DNA of 64,000 bases from positions 2,480,001-2,544,000 of the forward strand of contig CP075493.1 in assembly GCA_021613535.1 (NCBI GenBank), written 5' to 3'. Below the pieces are notes generated by a model that saw only the letters and a list, made by a program, of their open reading frames with translations, had not been told where the DNA came from and did no database searches. This DNA is from Adineta vaga. Taxonomy: Eukaryota > Animalia > Rotifera. Of the stretch, positions 27,650 to 36,470 are shown one piece after another. The number at the start of each line of letters is the position of its first letter. Positions within the stretch are counted from its first letter, which is position 1. The translations under genes were made by a program, and so were the position numbers.

Positions 27650-27875
27650 GCGGTTTGATCGTCATTTATATTCGAACTCGAATTACTCCGCTCATGATAG
27701 ATTTATACTTCAAAAGAAAATACACTCTTTGAAGAAGAAAAAATGAGAATCGTGAAGGTTGTACATTCTATTGTTATTAAATAGATAGTACCAAATTGAG
27801 ATTGATGTAGACTTTGACCAATTGATTTATTTTATTCAAATAACAAAAATAAACAGTACATGTGTTAATATCATA

Positions 27876-28439
27876 TTATACTTTCGAACTTCGATCATAT
27901 TCAGTCCACCAAATGTGAGTATCAGGTACACCTGTGATGTCGGCTGGTGGTGAGTTACAAGTAAATTCTCCCAATGCAGTATCATCTTGCCAATAAACTA
28001 GATTATCATCTAGAGATTCAACTGGACCACAGTTCACAAGTTCATTCAGACGTATAGATAAGAAACTCTGTCCAGATTCAGAATTCATTGTCTTTGTTTC
28101 AATGTCTTTGGTTAAACTACTCATATCATCAATGAGAAATTGAATAGCTGATCTGTAGATTTTTCCTGTTTGACGTAGATCAGCACTCAGAGGTAGAAAT
28201 ACTATTGATAGACCAGATTCAAGAGTTGGTAAGGCATTGGACAATTGCACGACGACCAATCGTTTTTCGACATCATGTAGATTTTGTGGACCTTGATTAC
28301 GACAGAATTCGAAGACACTTCGAAGAAAGTCATCAGTTATTCGAAACAAATTAGAATCTGGAGGGGATGGTGATATTTGACTAAGTTTTGCTAATGACCG
28401 GAAAAAAATTTGTTTCGACATAAATAAAGATTCTGTCAT
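27876..28439 (-). CDS. 187-aa intronless hypothetical protein; candidate immunity protein for the upstream DUF4781 gene
   Basis: Clean ORF; ATG directly preceded by a polypyrimidine tract and AG (ttttgctttcttgtagATG); AATAAA downstream at about 27830; YRSAIQFLIDD and DITGVPDTHIWW motifs. The function is inferred. Confidence 0.7.
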   Translation of the reverse strand: MTESLFMSKQIFFRSLAKLSQISPSPPDSNLFRITDDFLRSVFEFCRNQGPQNLHDVEKRLVVVQLSNALPTLESGLSIVFLPLSADLRQTGKIYRSAIQFLIDDMSSLTKDIETKTMNSESGQSFLSIRLNELVNCGPVESLDDNLVYWQDDTALGEFTCNSPPADITGVPDTHIWWTEYDRSSKV

Positions 28440-28530
28440 CTACAAGAAAGCAAAAGATTTAGAAAAATATTGTTTTGACGATAGTTTTGAAACAATTCTC
28501 GAATAAAAATAGAGCATAGCTTAATGAGTT

Positions 28531-31500
28531 CTACTGTTGAAAGAACGCAGCGACTGTGCGACACATATCTCTAACCAGATCTAAATTTTCTCCAGCATAT
28601 CGCTGTTGTTTGAGAAGATATGAAAAGTCTATTCCACCATAATTAGCTTTTGGATCCGCTTGGAATGATGGATTAGATAAATTTTTCATTGCCTTTTTGT
28701 GTATTTCACTCCATTGTTCAGCAGAACCAAAGAAATCTGGGTTAATAAATGTTGATGCTACTCGTCGGTTAGATCCATCATTTTCTTCGAGTAAAAATCC
28801 TATTTGTTGATTTTTCGGATTTGCAAACACTAGTCGTGTAATTTTACCATCTTGTGAAAGACCCCTACTAAGCAAATGACTTTCATTGGAAAAAAAGTCA
28901 TGTGGTACATCATGCAAGTAAACTTGCATGTTTCCATTGGAATTAAATTGGTTTCCATGTTTACGAAAATGATACACTGCTGAGAGATTATTTGTGAACT
29001 GATAAGGAGCTCGGGGTCTTCTTAAACTGATTGCTTTCTGTAAATCAGCATTCAAATTATCGTTAAATTCACGGAAGAGCTCACTATCCTTGTTTTGTAG
29101 ACTATTGAGAATGGCAGCTTTTTCACCCCGTTTCTTGTTCTAAAAAGCAAAAAAATACTGGTTAAGAAACCGGTATGAAACAAACTTACTTCAAGTTGAC
29201 AACGAACTAATTCCACAAAACTACAAAAATCGCCCGAAGTTTCACATTTTCGTTCATTAGCAATCGCCCTTGCTGCTTGAATAACATCTTTTTTGTAGTC
29301 ATCTGCAGATAGCACACGTCCCAGACGATCAATTTCAGCTGTGTTCATATTTGCGAAAATCTTTTTAGCATTAATTTCTACTTGTCGAATATCCTGAACA
29401 TTGAAACCTTTTGCTGCTTTTTGCATGATTTCGTCTCGAGTCATGGAAAATATAAGACGTTCGTTCTGATGAAAGGTTCGAATATCTTGACGTATTCCTC
29501 TACTGTTGTTTCACCTCTCCGGTGTTTTGCAGTGGCCTCGATGAGTTCATGACGACGATGTGGATCCGTAATACCACCAATCTCACTGAAAGCTTGCGGA
29601 TGAATATCGATTTGATCATTGAGATTGAGAAGACCTTCTTCAGTGAGACCTACTTTACTATTTGTTTTGGCAACCGATGTGAAAAATTCATCTGGATTTT
29701 TTATGCAGCGAATTGACTGAATTAGACGAGCATTTCCATGCATTTGTCGAGGACCACGATTTAAAGTGGTGAATTGATCAAACGCATTTTGTGCACCGGG
29801 ACCCTATAGTTATATCAAAATGAGAAATGTAGAATGAAAACTTTAGCTAAATTGTTTGTACCTCCATGTCTTGTTTAACTGACTGAAGATATTCGTTTTG
29901 TGCACGTTTGATGATTTGTCCAGCAGTTTTCGGCTGCACCAACGTATTTCCAAAGAAAAATATGCTTACACAATACTGTAATACATCTAGAGTTGTAAGG
30001 TGACCATTGATTCTTTTTATCACAAGATTCGTAGTAGCTAATGCAATTGAACATGTATCAACACAAAACTTTGATATGTTTAGTGTGGTGATAGCAACTC
30101 GTGCTGATGGTCCAAGAATAGAGCCTGCTTTAGCACTAACGGCCACTGCACTATTAACTAAAGGTGTTGCTACATGAAGTGCAGTACCAAAAATTCCAAT
30201 CCAGCAGGCTACGTGACTCAAGATCTGTAAGACTTTCGCCATGGATGCCTTTATCGACTAGTTTCTCCGCAGATCTAGAATTGAAATTCGAATAGTGAAA
30301 TGTCTTTTAGAAAGATGACTCACCTAGCAGCACCATAAAATCCTGAAGACAAGCCACCAATTGCGGCAACAGTAAGAACGACCGGTGCTACTGGTGTAAA
30401 CAGTCCGACGATGGTAACACCAGTAGCAACGAGTCCTACACCGCTGGCAATTTTGTCGAAAGCACGTCCAACTCGATTTAAAGCACTACAGGCTGGAGAT
30501 TTTGCAAACTGGATGATCGGTTTACTGTCCACATCAAATTTATATTTCCCATCCAAATCACAGGTATAATATCCATGCTTTGGATAGCAATATGAACATT
30601 TCGGTAGATGATTCTTCTTCAAGTAGCTCTGCCAATTTTTATAAGTTCGACCACTATGATCAATGTAATAACTGACATCGCGATAACTATTTTCTTCCCA
30701 AAGGAGACGAAACACTGGCACATAACGTTTTTCCCGATCTTTTACGCATACAAATATGGTGCTTGCTTTCAACTCCTTCTGGGGTGCTTTTCTATGAACT
30801 TTGATAATTGTATCCTTGAGTTGATGAGCTTTTCTACGTTGATCTTCTGTGTATGCATCAAGAAGGTTCGTATTTACGTTTTTATTTCCAATCGTCTAAA
30901 ACGCAAAAAAGAGATCACTATTATTTTTTCGATTTCACAAAGACACTTACTGGTGGTCCGAAGAGAGCATATGCTATTTTCAAAGCAAGAAGATTGTACT
31001 CATCTCGTTTGTACAAATCCCATATTCGACCATCCAACAATAAATAAAAGTTTCGCTGCTCAGTTGCACATGTTTCTTTCCATTCATCCATATCAGAGCG
31101 ACTCTTAGGACTAGCAAATTTCATATTTACACCACCTTCAGATTTGGGATGCACTGACTTCTTGAGAACACCATCACTTGGAATAAGCTTTGCCGACTTC
31201 GCCTTCGTAGAACTCTGCTTACCCGCTACCAACTTCCGGGGCCCAGACTTAGTAAGATTATCACCGACGGATGTAGTTTTGGAGTGTTCAGCCGTCGTAG
31301 AATTATGATCAGCTGGCGCCTGTTTCACCGAACCAACTTTTTTGAGTTTACGATCATTTGGAGTGAGCTTCGCAGACTTCGTCTTTGTAGATCCATGGTC
31401 AGCAGCTACCACCTTTCGTTGCTCAGGTTTAATGAGATGATTACCAATGGATGCAGGTTTGGGGTGTCCAGCCTTCGTAGAATTATGAACAGCTGGCGCG

Positions 31501-32552
31501 TGTATAACCGGACTAACCTTCTTGCGATGACGATCATTGGCAGTAATCTTCGCAGGCTTCGTCTTCGTAGAATTTCGATCACCATATCCTTGCGTTAATT
31601 GGAGATTGCTACCATCTTCATCCGGGGATTCGACATCGGCATCATCGTCATCGAGTGATTGGACATCGCTACCATCCTCATACGGTGATTGAATATCGCC
31701 GCCATCTTCATCTGGTGACTGAACATCGGCATCATCTTCGTCTGGTGATTGAACATCATCATCATCTTCGATTGGTGATTGAACATCATCATCATCTTCA
31801 TACGGTGATTGGACATCGCCACTATCTTCATCGGGTGAGTCGACATCGCTGCCATCTTCGATTGGTGATTGAACATCATCATCATCTTCATACGGTGATT
31901 GGACATCGTCATCATCTTCGTCTGGTGATTGAACATCATCATCGTCTTCATCTGGTGATTGAACATCGCCACTATCTTCATTGGGTGAGTCGACATCACC
32001 ATCATCTTCGTCTGGTGATTGAACATCATCATCGTCTTCATACGGTGATTGGACATCGCCACTATCTTCATTGGGTGAGTCGACATCACCATCATCTTCG
32101 TCTGGTGATTGAACATCACCATCATCTTCGTCTGGTGATTGAACATCATCATCGTCTTCATACGGTGATTGGACATCGCCACTATCTTCATTGGGTGAGT
32201 CGACATCACCATCATCTTCGTCTGGTGATTGAACATCATCATCGTCTTCATACGGTGATTGGACATCGCCACTATCTTCATTGGGTGAGTCGACATCACC
32301 ATCATCTTCGTCTGGTGATTGAACATCATCATCGTCTTCATCTGGTGATTGAACATCACCATCATCTTCGTCTGGTGATTGAACATCATCTTCATCGGGT
32401 GAGTCGACATCGTCATCATCTTCATCTGGTGATTGAACATTGCTACCATCTTCATACGGTGATTCAATATCGCCGCCATCTTCATCTGGGGATTCGACAT
32501 CGGCATCATCTTCCACTAAATCATTGGTGTCATGTTGAGCATGAGAACCCAT
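28531..32552 (-). CDS. Large DUF4781-type protein: acidic repeats, basic repeats, DUF4781, hydrophobic helices, HFRKHG toxin-like C-terminus; 5 exons, with one apparent frameshift near 29486
   Basis: Exons approx. 32552-30951, 30895-30324, 30274-29862, 29803-29190, 29139-28531 with GT-AG ends. PVFRL..YIDHSGRTYKNWQSYLKKNHLPKCSYCYPKHGYY..FAKSPAC resembles the DUF4781 signature; Gly/Ala-rich hydrophobic helices follow; C-terminal LSAVYHFRKHGNQF..YL. Confidence 0.75.
31150..31580 (-). repeat. Degenerate 90-bp (30-aa) Lys-rich coding repeats with 60-aa alternating periodicity
   Basis: STKTKPAKITANDR.. / STKAGHPKPASIG.. / STKTKSAKLTPNDR.. / STTAEHSKTTSVG.. / STKAKSAKLIPSD. Confidence 0.8.
31612..32513 (-). 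repeat. 30-bp coding tandem array (about 30 units of DVQSPDEDDD) with a 90-bp higher-order period
   Basis: Plus strand repeats of atcatcttcgtctggtgattgaacatcatc and variants; the trimer DVQSPDEDDG-DVDSPNEDSG-DVQSPYEDDD recurs. Confidence 0.97.
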
Positions 32553-32873
32553 AGGAAACACGCTTTGGGTATTATAGTGTTGCGTACTAATTACTGTGTT
32601 AGAAGAGTTTATCTAGAAATAATGCGAAAACTTTATATGTAAAATAATTCATGAAACCTCTAGTCGCTCCTAATTATTCTGCACTGTCTCCCTCGTTGCA
32701 TCAGAATAACAACTATATATACGGCGCTAACACGAAGGTAAAAACCTTGCAATGGACAATGGAATATATAATGAAAAGGGAAAACAACCAGGTGAAGGAG
32801 AGAATGAGAAAATTCAACACAACAAGGTACAAGAGAACGTAGAGAAAAGTCTAGCATACATATATATAGATAT

Positions 32874-33068
32874 CAGAGATGGGCAACTCCGGCTTTTTTC
32901 ATGCAAATCTATCGGAGTTAAAGAGAACAGATGAGATGAAGAGTGGAGCTACGATGTTGCATATGAGTGAGGATGATGACGAACAGTTGTCACGATGATG
33001 GTTGCTACGGGTTTGTACCTAAATTCTCTCGTTGCTAAGGGAGTTAACTCCGGAGTTGCCCATCTCTA
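32874..33068. mobile_element. hAT-type MITE, 195 bp
   Basis: Perfect 18-bp inverted repeat agagatgggcaactccgg / ccggagttgcccatctct and exact 8-bp target-site duplication ATAGATAT (32866-32873 and 33069-33076). Confidence 0.92.
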
Positions 33069-33110
33069 ATAGATATGTATGATGTATAGAGAGAAAATGC
33101 TCTGTCGTAT

Positions 33111-33386
33111 ATGATTATATATGGATAAAGATTCATAGGAAATTTCCACGTGAGCACTAATAAATTTAAACAACCGTGACGATGTTCTTTTTTGTTTCCT
33201 ACTTATAAAATAATCTTCATCCTTGTGTAGGATTTTTCTCGTTGGATAAATTTAGAAACAAAATAGGTGGTAACTTCCTAATGAATCATTAAATCACGGA
33301 AACAAAAAAGAACGTCGTCACGGTTGTTTAAATTTATTAGTGTTTTCGTGGATATTTCCAATGATTTTTTATCTATATATAATCAT
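33111..33386. mobile_element. Foldback element/MITE with about 90-bp inverted arms
   Basis: atgattatatat..cactaataaatttaaacaaccgtgacgatgttcttttttgtttcc pairs with ggaaacaaaaaagaacgtcgtcacggttgtttaaatttattagtg..tatatataatcat. Confidence 0.85.
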
Positions 33387-33574
33387 GTCTTTACACAAGT
33401 CATGATTTCTACGTTTTTTAACGATCACATTACCACTGGCAAGAGTACTTGAGAGTAAGTATCCGCTGTTTTATTTGTATTTATTAAAACTTCAAAATGT
33501 ATAAAATGACAAGTCTCAGATTGATCTCTGTTTTAATTTTTGTTTCTTACCTTTTGAAAGAACATACATATTAA

Positions 33575-33692
33575 TATATATCGTAGTTGACTTTAAAATT
33601 CAATTGCTTTTAAAAGGCAACTAAATTGGATTTTAAAGTCAACTAGTTGTCTTTTAAAAGCAACTGAATGTTAAAGTCAACTCCGACATATA
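33575..33692. mobile_element. Palindromic MITE inserted in (TA)n
   Basis: tcgtagttgactttaaaattcaattgcttttaaaaggcaacta pairs with tagttgtcttttaaaagcaactgaatgttaaagtcaactccga; TA repeats on both sides. Confidence 0.8.
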
Positions 33693-34325
33693 TATATATA
33701 TGTATGGGTGAGAATACCTACAAGTGATAGTCGGTAAAAACAGGAAGAGAAACCCGATGATGATGATGGCCGTATAGAAATTTCCAATCGATGATTAAGA
33801 CGTTTTCATCATGAACTTGTACATTTGATCTATCTGGTTATAATAAATGCTATACCACGATGACACATGGTGATTCATCTGTCTTATTCACTCTTGTTGA
33901 TGGCATCGTTCATTAAGTTTTTCGTTCTTTCTATCTGCGTCATACATCTGTGATTTTTCCTTTTTATTAAGTACATACGTTTGGTTTTTTACCTTTCGAT
34001 AATCGGAAGTGAATAATTGAGTTTCTACTTTCTTTGGCTCAATCCATACGTGAAGTATTCCACCAAGTGGTTGGATGTGGGTCTCCACTATAAATTCGCA
34101 GGTTACATTCGAATAAACAGGCAGTGCGCGGACAACTATTTTATTGTCTTCTCTTCGGGATGAATGCGTTCTGGGCGTTGCATGTTCTTTCCGAATAAAA
34201 GACATCTTTTGATCTTTCTTTGAGAGCAATTTATTGGAACTGAAATAATCTTTTCAGACTTGAGTATTGTAGAGATACCTCTATTCTTTTTTCATATTTC
34301 AGATCGAAAATTTTTTATTTGAACG

Positions 34326-35354
34326 ATGCGTTTCAATAAGTCTTTCTGTGCCAGTCGAATTGACTCTCGCGTCTATCTTGGTGATTTACAATCAGCAAAA
34401 AACTTATCACATTCCATCACTCATGTTATCAGTGTGATGAGTGAAAAGCCATCTTTACATCCTAGTGGATCAAAACGAAAACATCTTTTCATTTGTGCCG
34501 AAGACAATGAAACGGAGGACCTTTTGTCAAAATTTGGAACTTGTTATGATTTTATTACAAAAGCTTTGAAAAAAAATGATACAAATCGAGTTTTAATTCA
34601 CTGTCGTGCCGGCAGGAGTCGAAGTGCAACGATTGCAATGATGTATTTAATGCGAACTTATCGTTACGATTATTATGCAGCAAAAAAATATTTGAAAGAG
34701 AAACGACCGATCATCTCAATTAACTCGGGTAAGAATTCTGTAAGAAAATGCTGCTACCAAAATGAATCGATCCTACTATGCAGAAAAAAAAGTTTGAAAA
34801 GTAGAACGAACTAATAAGGAAAGCTAAAGGTTCACCGACAAACTTTTCATGGTTAACAAAGATGAACACAGACCATCTTCTCTCTTTTTATTTTTTGAAA
34901 GTTTTTCTTAAGTCAAAAAGCAGCGTCCAAGTAAGTAGTAAAACAAAAAGAAATTCATAAGTTATTTTATGTATTTTTTCAATGCAGATTATCTTTGCCT
35001 CATTCGGCAATTAGCAGCTGATGAAGCACCAACTACATCGCATTTTTATTTAATTTAGGTTTCAAAAAACAACTTCACTTGTTCTCCGACCTGCTAATGA
35101 ACTATAATAGTAAACTATATAAATCATATTTTGATCATCATAAGATATTTGGAACAGAACGAGTCAAGAAGCCGGTCAAAAATGAAAGAAAGCTAGTGAG
35201 ATCATCATCATACGATAGTCCTTTCACAACATTTCAACTAATTGAAGTACAATCATTACAACCAATTCTTATTTTGATGGAAACTTTGCAAATTTCCGAA
35301 CAAAGAGTAATACCAATCCCGGTGCCATCACCGTATATAAACATTTTTGTGTAA
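34326..35354 (+). CDS. Atypical dual-specificity protein phosphatase, 2 exons (34326-34728, 35060-35354)
   Basis: RVYLGD, ITHVISV, AEDNETEDLL, catalytic VLIHCRAGRSRSATIAMMYLM, and RPIISINSG|FKKQL across the intron. Confidence 0.88.
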
Positions 35355-35843
35355 AATTTTTTTCAACTTTCTGTATTTTAACATATCTTAAAAAATATTC
35401 CTGAAACACATAAATAAGAAAGGTTCTTTGTCGAGTGGTGAGGGAGGGTAAGACATAAAGGTGACGAATCAACAATGATCTTCCTCTCTTTTCCTTTCTG
35501 TTTCTGCTGTTTCGTCTTGAAGAAATGACGATTGATGATTAAGGGAATTTAAACAAACAGGATAGTCAGATGAATAGTCGATTAGTTCTGGTCGATAACT
35601 GAGAAGATGAAGTATATCCAATGCAATTGATAGATCGACATGCAATCAATGGAGGAATCAACGAAATAGATGAGAAGAAATTGATTGCAGAAGGATCTTG
35701 TGGAGGTATCTTTTGATGAGAAGTGAATGAAATCGAGGATGAAGTAGTAGAATTTAATGAAGAGATAGAGATAACAGATGATTGAGATTTTCTATGATTG
35801 AATCAGTCTGAATGATTTATTTGGAAGAATGATGAAATGAATA

Positions 35844-35896
35844 AGGTGTGGGTGTTTTCTTCATCTATAATGACATCCACACCCACATCCACCCTA
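35844..35896. repeat. GGGTGTGG-family hairpin element
   Basis: aggtgtgggtgt ... acatccacacccacatccaccct; same family as 27589. Confidence 0.65.
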
Positions 35897-35964
35897 GGAA
35901 AAACCAAAATAATTTTAATTTGCCCTGAAGGAATCTTAAATTGCCCTGGATTTTAGTTTCTCCT
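35896..35964. mobile_element. Tiny MITE-like element with about 15-bp imperfect TIRs
   Basis: aggaaaaaccaaaat versus reverse complement aggagaaactaaaat; internal direct repeat tt(a)a(a/t)ttgccctg. Confidence 0.45.
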
Positions 35965-36470
35965 GTAACATATATATATATAGAGAGAGAGATTATGTTG
36001 ATGATTCATAAATAGCAATTTGTGAGAGAACGTTTTCTTGTTACATCATGAAAATAAAGTTTGAGCAAAGAGTGTTTTTTATGATCAGTTCAGCAGTTTG
36101 AAAATGATAGATTCATCTCTCCCACGACCCGACTCACACACTCTTCACATTTTTTGCTAAAATGTGTTCTAAAAGAAAAAGAAAAATTATTTAAACAAAA
36201 TAGAATAGTATCATGTTTTTGTTAACAGAATTTTTTTATTATTAAAAAGATTTAGCAAAAATCTATCTCAAATAAGAATATGAAAACAATGAATACCACA
36301 GAACTATTAAATTTCATACTAAAATAACAAACTGATTGATTTATAAGAAAGGCTACTGTGCTCGTCTTTATTGTATTTATATATTGTTCATGTAAAGAGA
36401 TTTTGCATTAGTATTTTTCACTACGAGCACAAAAGAGAACATCAATATGTCGAATTTCGTATGAAATTCA

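Noticed and set aside
31612-32513. Possible CRISPR array
   Set aside because: Contiguous 30-bp units with no unique spacers, in-frame coding, no cas genes, eukaryotic context.
31595-32554. 304-aa Met-rich ORF (minus) and 299-aa His-rich ORF (plus) overlapping the 30-bp array
   Set aside because: They are alternate-frame and antisense shadows of a stop-free tandem repeat; both are confined to the array, whereas the acidic frame continues into the spliced DUF4781 gene.
33800-34250. 113-aa minus-strand ORF and coding-like plus-strand fragments
   Set aside because: No domain recognised, and the plus-strand fragments are broken by stops; at most unassignable debris.
35570-35790. Ser-rich minus-strand reading frame after an AG, possibly a retroelement ORF1 remnant
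   Set aside because: Low complexity, no start and no diagnostic motif.
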